IMG/VR virus record: IMGVR_UViG_3300005279_000195
Source: a virus
DNA length: 64,000 nt
Direction: 5' to 3' (one strand)
Within the stretch, counting starts at the first letter, position 1. The number at the start of each line of letters is the position of its first letter. This document shows, piece after piece, positions 26,194 to 36,277 of the stretch. A program made the translations under genes and the position numbers. The notes under the pieces were generated by a model that saw only the letters and a list, made by a program, of their open reading frames with translations, searched no databases and had not been told where the DNA came from.

Positions 26194-28254
26194 TCACCTC
26201 CCTCTTGCGAAGTCGAACTCGACCCCACTCTTGTCGTCGCGCAGCTTGAGCGCCGCGTCGAACTTCTTGCCCGCCTTGGACACGAACCCGGATATCTTGC
26301 CGGAGTGCCCTGTAGACAGGAGCGCCTCCGCTTCTTTAAGCGGTATCTTCTTGTTGCACATCTCCTTCCATATAACGAACCCGCACTTGTCGCGCCCGGC
26401 AACGCACGAGTATCCCTTCGGGGTCTCGACCACGTCCGCGCCGCACTTGGGGCACTTGCCGATGGGTTTGTTATCCGCGAGAGTTTGCGGCAGTACGTCG
26501 CCGCGGTGCTCGTCGAGGAACGTCTCCAGGAACTGATGTATCTGCATCATAAACATATCCGACGGATACCCGCCCTCGGCAATGTCGGTCAGGGACGCTT
26601 CCCAGTCCGCGGTCATAGCCGGGTCTTTTATCCTGTCCCAGACCATCTCGATGAATGTGCGTCCCTTCTCGGTTGCGACCAGTTTGGACTTCGACCTCTT
26701 GATATACCCAACTTTAACCAGCTGCTCGATGATGGAGGCGCGGGTAGCCGGCGTTCCGAGCCCCTTACCGCGCATAGCCTCGCGGAGCGACTCGTCATCG
26801 AGGTCTTTGCCACAGGTCTCCATCGCGCCGAGGAGGGTGTTCTCCGTGTACGACGGCGGCGGTGTTGTGAACTTCTCCTGCGTTTCCAGCGAGATTACCG
26901 CGAACTCATCACCCTCGGCCATCTCCGGCAGAATGTTCTCGCGGACGGAAGCACTCTTCCCGATGTCGTCGTAGAGTGCTGCGACGACCGCTTTGTAGCC
27001 GAAGTCAATCATCCGCTTGCCCGTGGCGGCAAACTCGTAGCCCGATATGTCGAGCTTGGCCGATGTCGACTCGTAGTGCGAGTCGGGTGCAAGCGCGATG
27101 GGAAGTCTCCAGAGCACCAGCTGCATGATGTGCCGGGCCTTATCCGCCAACGAGCGCAAGACGGGCAAGGTTAGCGCCGTTGTGGGCAGTATGGCGTGGT
27201 GGTCGGAGACCTTTTTATCGTCGATAACCCTGTCGATGGCAGGTTCGAACCCGAGTTTGGTACCGGGGAAAAGCCCTGCCAGGTAGAGAGTGTTGAGAAG
27301 TTCTAACGTGGACTCCCGTTGCGATGAGGTTAAGTACCTGCTGTCGGTACGCGGGTACGTCGCAAGCCCGGCCTCGTAGAGCCCCTGCAACTGTTCCAGT
27401 GTCTCCGCCGCGGTGTAGCCGAACAGCCGGTTGGCATCGCGCTGCAGAGTGGTTAAGTCGTAGAGTTTCTCAGGCTTGTCCGTCACGGTCTTCTTCTCCA
27501 ACGCGGTGCATCGCGCGATGCCGCCCGTGCACGCCGCAGCAACTGTGTCCGCAGTCTCTTTGTCCTCCTCGCGGTGCGTAGCGGTGAACCCGCCCAAGTC
27601 CGCGGCGAGGATGTAGTACGGCACAGGCACGAAGTTCTCTATCTCTTTGTCTCGGGAGACGATGAGGTTGAGGACCGGAGTCTGTACGCGGCCCGCTGTC
27701 AGGAGCGTCCCGCACTTGGCGGTGTAGTACCGTGAGAGGTTGATGCCGATAAGCCAGTCGGCCTGTTGACGAGCGAGCCCCGACTCGTAGAGCGAGTCGT
27801 AGTCGGACGCCGGACGCAGGTTGGACATCGCCTCGGCAAGCGCCGACGGCTCCATCGAGGATACCCAGAGGCGCAGCACGGGCTTGTCACATCGGGCGAG
27901 GTTGTAGACCAGGCGGAATATGAGCTCGCCTTCACGCCCCGCGTCGGTTGCTTCTATTACCGTGTCGATATCCGCCCGCCTCATCAGTGACGAGACGACG
28001 CCGAACTGCTTAGCGCCCGACTCGGTTACCTTGTACTCGAACGGGTCGGGTATGATGGGCAGGTCGCGGACATCCCAGCGCTTGTAGCGCTCATCATACT
28101 CCGCGGCATCCTGCAACTCGACTAAGTGCCCGAAGCACCAGGTCACAATGTAGCCTCCGCCTTCCGTGTATCCGTCGCCGTACGATGTAGCGCCGACAAC
28201 ACCCGCGATAGAGCGGGCTACGGACGGCTTTTCTGCAACTATAAGCTTAGGCAT
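26194..28254 (-). CDS. topB: DNA topoisomerase III (type IA)
   Basis: LIVAEKPSVA, ATDAGREGELIF, GRVQTP, catalytic TYPRTDS, GLGTPATRA.II; C-terminal Zn-ribbon/C-tail. Confidence 0.95.
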   Translation of the reverse strand: MPKLIVAEKPSVARSIAGVVGATSYGDGYTEGGGYIVTWCFGHLVELQDAAEYDERYKRWDVRDLPIIPDPFEYKVTESGAKQFGVVSSLMRRADIDTVIEATDAGREGELIFRLVYNLARCDKPVLRLWVSSMEPSALAEAMSNLRPASDYDSLYESGLARQQADWLIGINLSRYYTAKCGTLLTAGRVQTPVLNLIVSRDKEIENFVPVPYYILAADLGGFTATHREEDKETADTVAAACTGGIARCTALEKKTVTDKPEKLYDLTTLQRDANRLFGYTAAETLEQLQGLYEAGLATYPRTDSRYLTSSQRESTLELLNTLYLAGLFPGTKLGFEPAIDRVIDDKKVSDHHAILPTTALTLPVLRSLADKARHIMQLVLWRLPIALAPDSHYESTSAKLDISGYEFAATGKRMIDFGYKAVVAALYDDIGKSASVRENILPEMAEGDEFAVISLETQEKFTTPPPSYTENTLLGAMETCGKDLDDESLREAMRGKGLGTPATRASIIEQLVKVGYIKRSKSKLVATEKGRTFIEMVWDRIKDPAMTADWEASLTDIAEGGYPSDMFMMQIHQFLETFLDEHRGDVLPQTLADNKPIGKCPKCGADVVETPKGYSCVAGRDKCGFVIWKEMCNKKIPLKEAEALLSTGHSGKISGFVSKAGKKFDAALKLRDDKSGVEFDFARGR

Positions 28255-28871
28255 TAAGACTCACCTCCCTTGACTGAAGGCTCGGTATAGACGACGCCTT
28301 TGTACTTGCCGGTCGCAGTGTCCACCGCGATAACCCAGCCTGCGGGCAGGTCATCCGCGGGAGTATGCCAGTCGACGACATTCCCGCGCGTCATAAGCGC
28401 GAAGTTGGCGGTCACGGAGCGTCTCAGGGCACCCTTGTTGACCGCGCCGACGATGGCATCCGCGGTGATGATGCCGAGGTACTTGCCATCCTTGTCCGTG
28501 ATGGGGATGAACGGGCGCGAGAGTTTGATGCGCCGCGCGACGTCCTGCATCTTCTCGGACTCCTTGGCCGCCTGTACGCGACACATTATGTCGGCGACCT
28601 GTTTGCGGAGTCTCTCCTGCATCTCCGCGTGCTTCTTGAGGAACGCGAGCATCGCAGGCGACGGGACGATGAAGCCGGCCTCGTCGTGCACGATGAAGTT
28701 GCGCGTCAAGCGGCAGAGCTGCAGGCGCTTGGCCTCGCGCTCGGGCAGCGCGGTCTCGTACTCGCGGACGTTAGTCTCCTGAAGCGCAAGCGCCGCTTCG
28801 AGCATCTTGTAGGTATCGACGAACTCCGACGTGAGCTTAGCGTCGGAAAGAGTTGTTTTGGATTTAGTCAT
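28254..28871 (-). CDS. HEPN (Swt1-like) + CBS-domain protein
   Basis: EF+D.Y..LE..L and R-N-x-x-x-H (RNFIVH), followed by V.DIM and IPITDKDGKYLGIITAD CBS motifs. Confidence 0.7.
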   Translation of the reverse strand: MTKSKTTLSDAKLTSEFVDTYKMLEAALALQETNVREYETALPEREAKRLQLCRLTRNFIVHDEAGFIVPSPAMLAFLKKHAEMQERLRKQVADIMCRVQAAKESEKMQDVARRIKLSRPFIPITDKDGKYLGIITADAIVGAVNKGALRRSVTANFALMTRGNVVDWHTPADDLPAGWVIAVDTATGKYKGVVYTEPSVKGGES

Positions 28872-29229
28872 TGGTAGATGCTATCCTCCTCTTCTTGCTG
28901 GATTTCTTAGGGTCCCAGCGGATGGGACGCTTAGTCGGGTCGTAGAGTACGCGGGAGAAGTCATCGTACGGATACTCCGCCACGCGGTCGTCAAGCCCGA
29001 CGGTTATTGTTAAGTAGTAAAGGTCGACAAGCCGCCCGTCGCCGGTGATACGAACGACAAGTCCGTTTTCGAGCGCCTTGACTATGTCCGCGAGAACCTC
29101 AAAGGAGAAGCGGCCCTTGACGCGCCAGCAGTAGCCGAAGCGCGCGAGAGGCTTACCCTCCCAAACGACCTCCGTGCGGAAGAAGTCTTTGACATAGTTA
29201 GGCGATGTCGCTGATACCGGAGCGCTCAT
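28864..29229 (-). CDS. hypothetical protein (121 aa)
   Basis: Overlap-coupled ORF. Confidence 0.7.
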   Translation of the reverse strand: MSAPVSATSPNYVKDFFRTEVVWEGKPLARFGYCWRVKGRFSFEVLADIVKALENGLVVRITGDGRLVDLYYLTITVGLDDRVAEYPYDDFSRVLYDPTKRPIRWDPKKSSKKRRIASTND

Positions 29230-29585
29230 ACCGTGAGCCCCTCCAGCCCGGCGAAGTCGTCGCCACCGCCGCCGCTTGTTGCCGCGGTGATAACGGGCGC
29301 GGATAAGTAGAACGCGGTGAGGCCCTCGGCGGGGACTACTATCTCGGATAAGAGCCCTCCGAAGTTGGCCGCGAGCGCCGCGAGGTACAAGTCTTCCGAC
29401 TCAGTCGCGTACGGGCCCTCGCCCGTGAGCCGCACATACTCGCCGCGCCGCAGTACCGCGCATATCGAGTCGAAGAGACCAAGGTTGAAGTGCTCGGGCA
29501 CGGCGACTACCGTGAGGTCATCCGGTGCGGACTCCACCTCGCGGCTGTTGAAGTATCCGTACTCCCACAGGGGGTTGTGTATCAT
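29226..29585 (-). CDS. hypothetical protein (119 aa)
   Basis: AGAAAGGAG RBS. Confidence 0.75.
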   Translation of the reverse strand: MIHNPLWEYGYFNSREVESAPDDLTVVAVPEHFNLGLFDSICAVLRRGEYVRLTGEGPYATESEDLYLAALAANFGGLLSEIVVPAEGLTAFYLSAPVITAATSGGGGDDFAGLEGLTV

Positions 29586-29622
29586 AAGTTAAAAACTCCT
29601 TTCTTTTCTTAATTCCAATCTA

Positions 29623-30585
29623 TTAGTCAACTTCCACCGCAGTACCGTCGGCGTAGTCGATAACCCAGCCGTGCTGTGTGTTCGGGACGAATACACAGAA
29701 CGACAGGCCCGAACCGTTATCTTCCACCGAGAACCCTTCCATAATGACGCCGTTGGCAACAAGGTTGTCGCCGTCATATACGGGGGTTACGCGATACATA
29801 AAGTGGTTGTGATAAGTCTCGATATAATCCGCCACCTCATTCTCATAGACAAGCATTCCGTCCACGTTGAGTTGGCGTGTTCCCGTGATGAGGTTTAGGG
29901 GATTGGCGTTCTCACCGGTAAGTTGATACCCGATAAGATGGCAACGGTTGTAGAGCCACCCGCCATCGACGTTGTCCGCCTTGTACGAGTTCCAACCCGA
30001 CGGTGTCACAGACGAAAGACTCTCGTCGCGCTCTTCGGTCGGCATCATGTCGTAGTAGAGGCACGCCGTTGCCGTACCGCAGCGCCCGAGCGAGTCAAGT
30101 TCGGAGAAAGTTTGAAAACCCTCGATAGAAAGCTCGTCGTCCGTGAAATACGGCTCGTTGTTATTGAGGATGACGATGACGTCTGCTGTATCAAGGTCGA
30201 CGGTAAGCGCTTCTGCGATACCCTGCTCAAGCGGTGTTGTCGAAAGTTCGGTCTGTGCGACAGAAGTTGCCGCAGAAGTCTCCGCGCCGCCTGTAGGCTC
30301 GCCGATAACTATAGCGGTGACCGCAGGCTCGTCGGCTTCGTCTGTGTCCGTATCATCGGCAACGGTTGCCGCGGTCTGCGCGGTTGTCGCGTCGGTTACA
30401 AGCGAGATGGACTCGTCTTCGCCAAACCGGTCTTTGAGCCGGTTGTAGCCCCAGAATACGAGGAGGATGAGAACAACGATGAAAAACTCAACAAGAGTCT
30501 CCTTAGCCCACTTCCTCGCTTTCTGCTTGGCGCGCGTTTTAGGGTCGACCTGTCTATCAAATCCAAAAACTCTGTTCCAGTTCAT
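29623..30585 (-). CDS. membrane-anchored DNA/RNA non-specific endonuclease (EndA/Sda-like, beta-beta-alpha-Me)
   Basis: N-terminal TM helix; LDSLGRCG.A.A, TPSGW, YNRCHLIGYQLTGENAN..NLITGTRQLN..GM..YE, YRVTPVY.G.NLVA.GV.ME. Confidence 0.9.
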   Translation of the reverse strand: MNWNRVFGFDRQVDPKTRAKQKARKWAKETLVEFFIVVLILLVFWGYNRLKDRFGEDESISLVTDATTAQTAATVADDTDTDEADEPAVTAIVIGEPTGGAETSAATSVAQTELSTTPLEQGIAEALTVDLDTADVIVILNNNEPYFTDDELSIEGFQTFSELDSLGRCGTATACLYYDMMPTEERDESLSSVTPSGWNSYKADNVDGGWLYNRCHLIGYQLTGENANPLNLITGTRQLNVDGMLVYENEVADYIETYHNHFMYRVTPVYDGDNLVANGVIMEGFSVEDNGSGLSFCVFVPNTQHGWVIDYADGTAVEVD

Positions 30586-31057
30586 ACAAGTTGTCCTTTC
30601 TGCGTAATGTATTATCTTTTATAACAATAGTATAACATCAATAGGAAATACTTGCAAGTAGTGATAATAACTTCGATTGAAATTAAGAAAGAACAGTAGA
30701 GGGTGTTGGGCGATATGCACGATGGAGAGGACCTTTGCTTGTGCGATAAGCACAACCGATATGTGCACCCTGTATAACCGCTGTACCCACCGCTTGTGCA
30801 AACTGCCGGACGCCTACGCTAATTACCCGCAAACTCCTTTCCCCGTTTCCAAACTCCACCCTTCTATCACCCTTCTGCTGCCCGCCCTGCTCCGGTCGTC
30901 CGCCCCTCCCGCACCACGCTTAGTCACACCGCCATATAATGTACTTGCCGTTTTGTGCAAGTCGTCAAACTAAAACTGCTTGCTTCTCGCGGCAATGTAT
31001 TTATACTTATTATTAACACCGTTAAGTGGCAACGCCGCACGCGAAAGGAGACTGATG

Positions 31058-33028
31058 ATGGGTAATGTGGTGAAGTTCCTGCATCTCGACATTGAGACGC
31101 AGTCTGAGATAGACCTCTCCGAGACAGGAGTGTATAGATATGTTGAGGGCGACGAGTTCGGAATACAGTTGCTCTCTTATGCGTACAACGACGAGCCCGT
31201 GAGGACTCTCGACTTGGCTCACGGCGACGCGTTCCCCGAGAGCCTTGCCGCCGACATCTTAAATCCCGATGTGAAGAAAGTTGCACACAACGCCTCGTTC
31301 GAGCGTGTGTGTTTCTCGCGACTCCTTCTGGGCCCGCAGAAATATATCGACCCGAAGGGCTGGGCGTGCACGCTTGTACTGGCGTCCTACTTCAACCTCC
31401 CTGAGTCTTTGGCTAAGTTGGGCGAGGCTTTGGGTCTGCCTGAAGATAAGGCTAAACTCAAAGAGGGCCCGAGGCTCGTCAAGATGTTCTCCGGCGCGGG
31501 GCACCCGGATATGTCCGTTATCCCGCAGGATGCGGCTTGGGAGAAGTACCTTGAGTACAACGCTCAGGATGTTATCGCCGAGCGCGAAATCTGGAAACGC
31601 TTCACATCGCCCGAGATGTCCTGCGCGATGTATCCGCGTCTGATGACAGAGTATCAGCAGTCCGAGAGGATTAACGACCGCGGTGTTCTCGCGGACCTGA
31701 AGTTCACCGAGCGTATGATTGAACTGACCGCGCGGTATAAGGAGCAGGCTACGGCGGAGTTAGGAAGGCTCTGCGACGCGTACGCGGAGAAGTACGGACA
31801 GGCGAAGGTCGAGAACACCAACTCCACATCGCAGCTCAAGAAGCTGCTGGGTCTGACATCACTGCGGGCCAACGATGTCGACGCCATCATCGAAGACCCG
31901 ACAACGCCTGAGGATACGAAGCAGATTTTAAGACTCCGTGCGTCTCTGGCTCAGTCTGCGGTAACTAAGTACGATAAGATTGTGGCTTGCGCCTGCGCGG
32001 ACGGCCGTATCAGGGGCCTGTTTAAGTTTTATGGCGCGGGTACGGGCAGGTTCGCAGGTCGCCTTGTGCAGTTGCAGAACCTGAAGAAGAACCACTTCGA
32101 CGATGTCGCGGCTGCCCGCGACCTGTATATGAACGGCAGCCCGGAGTTTTCGACTGACTTACTTTCTGATTTGGGAGAACTTATCAGAACCGCTCTTATC
32201 CCGAAAGACGGCTGCACTTTTTCCGACGCGGACTACTCGGCTATCGAAGCCCGCGTTCTGGCATATATCGCAGGCGAGCAGTGGCGAGTTGACGCGTTTT
32301 GCGACGGTCGTGACATCTACTGCGAGTCGGCGTCCCGTATGTTCGGCAAACCCGTAGTCAAGGGCGGCGAGAACGGAGAACTCCGCGGTACGGGCAAAGT
32401 CGCGGAACTTGCCTGCGGGTACGGCGGCGGTGTCGGCGCGTTCAAGCGTATGGGCGGTGAGAGACTGGGGCTCACGGAAGATGAGACCGCGCAGATTATC
32501 TCCGACTGGCGCTCTCAGTCTCCGCATATCGTAGACCTCTGGTACAACTTGGAGAACTGGGTTAAGAGAGCCATCAGGAAACCCGGCACGGAGGTTAGAT
32601 GCTACGCGGTCGGTATGGGTGTTACGGACATCTCCGTGGTCGTAAGGCCTATGGCGGGTCAGACGGGGTATCGCTTGGAACTGACCCTCCCTATCACGCA
32701 CAGAAGACTTATATATCCCAATATCCGCATCGAGTCGGGCGGGATTATGTATACAAGCAACCGCGGCGTAGACAAGTCGCTCTACGGCGGGAAACTCACC
32801 GAGAACCTCATTCAGGCAGTGGCACGCGACATTTTGACAGGCGCGCTTATGTTGCTCGAAGACGCGGGGTATCCGGTGGTTATGCACATCCACGACGAGG
32901 TGCTCGTAGAGTACCCGACAGAGTGCGTTAAAGAGATAGCCGAGATTATGGCACACGCGGCAGACCCGTATGTGGGGCTGCCCCTGAAAGCCGAAGGCTA
33001 TCAGTGCGACTTCTTCATCAAGCAGTAA
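31058..33028 (+). CDS. polA: phage-type family A DNA polymerase with 3'-5' exonuclease domain
   Basis: LDIET, AHNASFER, YN.QDV; ADYSAIEARVLA, K.AELACGYGGG, KLTENLIQAVARD, MHIHDE. Confidence 0.95.
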   Translation: MGNVVKFLHLDIETQSEIDLSETGVYRYVEGDEFGIQLLSYAYNDEPVRTLDLAHGDAFPESLAADILNPDVKKVAHNASFERVCFSRLLLGPQKYIDPKGWACTLVLASYFNLPESLAKLGEALGLPEDKAKLKEGPRLVKMFSGAGHPDMSVIPQDAAWEKYLEYNAQDVIAEREIWKRFTSPEMSCAMYPRLMTEYQQSERINDRGVLADLKFTERMIELTARYKEQATAELGRLCDAYAEKYGQAKVENTNSTSQLKKLLGLTSLRANDVDAIIEDPTTPEDTKQILRLRASLAQSAVTKYDKIVACACADGRIRGLFKFYGAGTGRFAGRLVQLQNLKKNHFDDVAAARDLYMNGSPEFSTDLLSDLGELIRTALIPKDGCTFSDADYSAIEARVLAYIAGEQWRVDAFCDGRDIYCESASRMFGKPVVKGGENGELRGTGKVAELACGYGGGVGAFKRMGGERLGLTEDETAQIISDWRSQSPHIVDLWYNLENWVKRAIRKPGTEVRCYAVGMGVTDISVVVRPMAGQTGYRLELTLPITHRRLIYPNIRIESGGIMYTSNRGVDKSLYGGKLTENLIQAVARDILTGALMLLEDAGYPVVMHIHDEVLVEYPTECVKEIAEIMAHAADPYVGLPLKAEGYQCDFFIKQ

Positions 33029-33136
33029 GACACACAACAAGCCGCCCCCTGTGATAAGAGCCGCACGGCACGGGAGGCGGATACGGAAGTATCGGTATAA
33101 GTGCGGCGCAAGATAGATTTTACGAGGTAATGTGGT

Positions 33137-34453
33137 ATGAGTACATTGTTTTCACAAAAGACCCGAGCGAAGAACCCCGTTCTGTCGCAGGCATCGGGTA
33201 GGTCGGTAGGTAAGGTCGTGTTCAACCTGGTTACGGTAACAGACTTTGTCGATGAGAATTACGACTGTTCTTTCAACTCCTGGAGCAACGAGGAGATTAT
33301 AGATGGCAAGCCCGTCACCGACGCGGACATCAACCGTATCAGAGGCGAGATTGAGGAGACTTATAGATATGAAGGCGTCACCTGCACCTCCGAGGTTGTG
33401 GCCTCCTCCATATCCGCCGTGTGCCGTATGCACAGTTTCGACCCGCTGTGCGACAGACTCGACAACGCCCACGACAGGTGGATAGCAGCCGGACGCCCGC
33501 AGAACTTGGAGCGGCTGTTCGTCGACTACTTAGGGTGTGACGATAACGACTACACAAGGACTGTGACGAAGATTATCTTCTACGGCTTAATTGGCAGAGC
33601 GTATCAGCCCGGTTTGAAGTACGACTATCTGCCCATCATCTCGGGTGCGCAGGGACAGGGCAAGTCCACCCTGTTGAAGAAACTGGGCGGCGAGTTCTTC
33701 GACGACTCGCTGGATGTGTCGATGTTCGGCACAGAGCAGGCAACGGAGAGGCTGTATAAGGGAATATGGCTCGCCGAACTGCAGGAGATGGCAAAGATGG
33801 CTAAGGCGGACGAGAACACACTGAAGATGTTCTTGTCCAGCGCTTCCGACAGTTACAGACCGAAGTATATGCGGAAGGTCGAAACGCTGCCGAGACGCAC
33901 CGTGTTTATCGGCACGACCAACCAGAAGTGGGGCTTGTTCTCCGACACGGTCAATAGAAGGTTCATCCTTCTTAATTGTAACCCGAAGCAGCAGACAAAG
34001 TTCTCCTGGGATATGACTGTTGAGGAACGGGACTTACTGCTTGGCGAGGCTGTTGAGATGTATAAGCAGGGTATGGACTTATACGCGCTTCTTATGTCCA
34101 TCAAGGAGACTCAGACATCATTGACCGACGAGTATGTATCCCACGACGAGAACTTCACCGACTTGGAAACATTCTTAAGGATGCCCCGCCCGGAGAACTG
34201 GAACGAGTTGGACGCAGTGTCCCGCGGCGCGTACTACAAGAAGTATTTGCGGAACCCGGACGACTCGGGCGACCTTGTCCCCGATATATCCGTCCGCGAG
34301 ATATGGTGCGAGGCGTTGGGCCACGTCGACCACTCGATGACGAACAGGGACTCGTATGGCGTTGTAAGAGCGCTGACGCTGTTGGGGTACAACAGCCGTA
34401 CGAAAGAGACTATCCCGCAGTACGGCAGAACCTTCGTGTACCACTTAGAGTGA
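33137..34453 (+). CDS. vapE: VapE-family (virulence-associated E) ATPase/helicase, lacking an N-terminal primase domain
   Basis: HSFDPL.D.L, PG.KYDYLPII.GAQGQGKST, WLAELQEM, D.YRP.Y, FIGTTN, NRRF. Confidence 0.88.
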   Translation: MSTLFSQKTRAKNPVLSQASGRSVGKVVFNLVTVTDFVDENYDCSFNSWSNEEIIDGKPVTDADINRIRGEIEETYRYEGVTCTSEVVASSISAVCRMHSFDPLCDRLDNAHDRWIAAGRPQNLERLFVDYLGCDDNDYTRTVTKIIFYGLIGRAYQPGLKYDYLPIISGAQGQGKSTLLKKLGGEFFDDSLDVSMFGTEQATERLYKGIWLAELQEMAKMAKADENTLKMFLSSASDSYRPKYMRKVETLPRRTVFIGTTNQKWGLFSDTVNRRFILLNCNPKQQTKFSWDMTVEERDLLLGEAVEMYKQGMDLYALLMSIKETQTSLTDEYVSHDENFTDLETFLRMPRPENWNELDAVSRGAYYKKYLRNPDDSGDLVPDISVREIWCEALGHVDHSMTNRDSYGVVRALTLLGYNSRTKETIPQYGRTFVYHLE

Positions 34454-34471
34454 TAAGGCGGCGTAAAAGAT

Positions 34472-34768
34472 ATGCGGGAGTCGGCAGTTGAGCGATATTT
34501 GGTAAAGCAAGTCAAAGCGGCGGGCGGGTTCACGGCGAAATGGACATCGCCCGCTTCTTCGGGGCTCCCCGACAGAGTTGTTGTTATCGCGGGGTCTACC
34601 GTGTTCGTGGAAGTTAAAGCGCCGGGAAAAGAACCCCGGCCCTTGCAACTCGCGAGACACCGTGAGATTGAAAGAGCCGGGGGCAAAGTTTTGGTGATTG
34701 ACTCCAAAGAAGGAGTCGATGCAATGGTTAGAGCCCTAAGTTGTCAGAGTTCTCCGACAGGAACATAG
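34472..34768 (+). CDS. VRR-NUC domain nuclease
   Basis: MRES.VE.YL, G+PDR+V, FVEVKAPG..PRPLQ. Confidence 0.92.
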   Translation: MRESAVERYLVKQVKAAGGFTAKWTSPASSGLPDRVVVIAGSTVFVEVKAPGKEPRPLQLARHREIERAGGKVLVIDSKEGVDAMVRALSCQSSPTGT

Positions 34769-35081
34769 CGAACGCGGCGAAGAACTCTTTACCTGAAGCG
34801 GACAAGTGCCTGTAGGTCGTGAGTATTTCGGCCTCCTGCGAGTCTAAGATTTTGTACCGCTCGGTGTCCCGCGCCATAGGTGCGTCCTTGCCGGCAAGCC
34901 ATTCAGCCGAGACATTAAGGCACTTCGCCAACTTGTCCATAGTCTCCGCCTTGGGGACGAACCTGCCGTTCTTGTACCGGCTCATCGCCGGCTCGGTAAT
35001 GTTAATCTCTCGTGCTACTTCTGCTGCTGTCTTGCCGGAAGCCTGAAGTGCCTCCATAAGTCTGTCGGGAAAAGTTGCCAT
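34728..35081 (-). CDS. XRE-family HTH transcriptional regulator (117 aa)
   Basis: FPDRL...TAAEVAREINITEPAMSRYKNG..VPK.ETMDKLA..LNVS.EWL; AAGGAGG RBS. Confidence 0.9.
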   Translation of the reverse strand: MATFPDRLMEALQASGKTAAEVAREINITEPAMSRYKNGRFVPKAETMDKLAKCLNVSAEWLAGKDAPMARDTERYKILDSQEAEILTTYRHLSASGKEFFAAFAMFLSENSDNLGL

Positions 35082-35179
35082 AAGTTTGTACCTCCTTATC
35101 TTTGTTTTTGTTAGTTCAAATATAACAAAAGTATAACAGCCATGCAACAAATAAATTGCACAAAACCGCAAGGGCGGAA

Positions 35180-35311
35180 TTGACAACGGAAGGCAGCGCG
35201 GTGATAATATAATTAGCCTTTTGTTTAATTTCAATCCTCGCAAAAGATTTGAAAACAAAGAAAGAAGTGAGTGATTTTAGTATTGCACTTCTGATAATAA
35301 GTTGTTATAAT
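35180..35311 (+). promoter_or_regulatory. two tandem sigmaA promoters divergent from the XRE gene
   Basis: TTGACA(35180)-17-GATAAT and TTGCAC(35283)-17-TATAAT. Confidence 0.65.
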
Positions 35312-35388
35312 AAGGGTGTAAATAATAATTAGTAAACAAGGACACATACTTAACCGAAGAATGAACTTAACCGAGGATAATACAAGTT

Positions 35389-36231
35389 ATGACTACTGTA
35401 AGTGAGCACAACTCAGCCGAGCCTATCGTTGTACGGGCGCACGCACTTGTCTCCCCGTCCTCACTGACCCGCACCATCAAGTGTCCGAGGTCTCTGAAGA
35501 TTAACGAAGACTGGCGTCTGGAGCACGGTGACGAGTCGACCCCCGCCGCAGCGGAAGGTACGAAGGCTCACGCGGTAGCCGAAAACTGTGTTAACGAGGC
35601 CTTCGGTCTCCCACTGCAGGAAGACTCCGTCGCGGAAGCCGCGGATGCTGACTCGGTTATGGAGTATTGCGCTACGGCGTACAGGGATTTCATCTTGAAA
35701 GTATATCAGGGCGAAGGCTGCACAAGCCTTGCGACTGAAACCCGCGTAGACTTGACGGATTATGTCGAGGAGTGTTGGGGCACTTGCGACTGCTTTATGA
35801 CCGCAGCGGACAAAATTATCATCGTGGATTACAAATACGGACACGCACTGGTTAGAGCCGAAGGCAACAACCAACTGAGAGCGTACGCCCTCGGTGCGTA
35901 CCTCTCTGTTCCCGCAATGGATAGAGCCCGCATCCGCTCGGTTGAGTATTTCATCTTCCAACCCCGCGCAACAACGGACTACACGGAGTACGGGCCCCGA
36001 AGACTTGCGCATATCGGCGCAATCTCCCACGACACCATCTCCGTTACGGAACTCAAAGCGTGGGCTGCCGACACCAACGTCGCCGTGAAACACGCGCTGC
36101 GTGACGAAGGCGATTTCTGCTCGGGCGAGCACTGTGCGTTCTGCGCAGGTAAGGGAACTTGTCCGGCGACACAAGAAAGGTCAACCGAGGATATTCAGGA
36201 GAGTCTGGATAGTCTCTTTGACAATAAATAA
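35389..36231 (+). CDS. DUF2800-like Cas4/PD-(D/E)XK Fe-S exonuclease
   Basis: HA.+SPSS..R..KCP.S, A.EGT.AH, WGTCD, IVDYKYG, QLRAYALG, CSGEHCAFC.....CP. Confidence 0.88.
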   Translation: MTTVSEHNSAEPIVVRAHALVSPSSLTRTIKCPRSLKINEDWRLEHGDESTPAAAEGTKAHAVAENCVNEAFGLPLQEDSVAEAADADSVMEYCATAYRDFILKVYQGEGCTSLATETRVDLTDYVEECWGTCDCFMTAADKIIIVDYKYGHALVRAEGNNQLRAYALGAYLSVPAMDRARIRSVEYFIFQPRATTDYTEYGPRRLAHIGAISHDTISVTELKAWAADTNVAVKHALRDEGDFCSGEHCAFCAGKGTCPATQERSTEDIQESLDSLFDNK

Positions 36232-36277
36232 GCAAACCAAACCAACACTAAATTACACTCACGGAGGAAAAAACACT

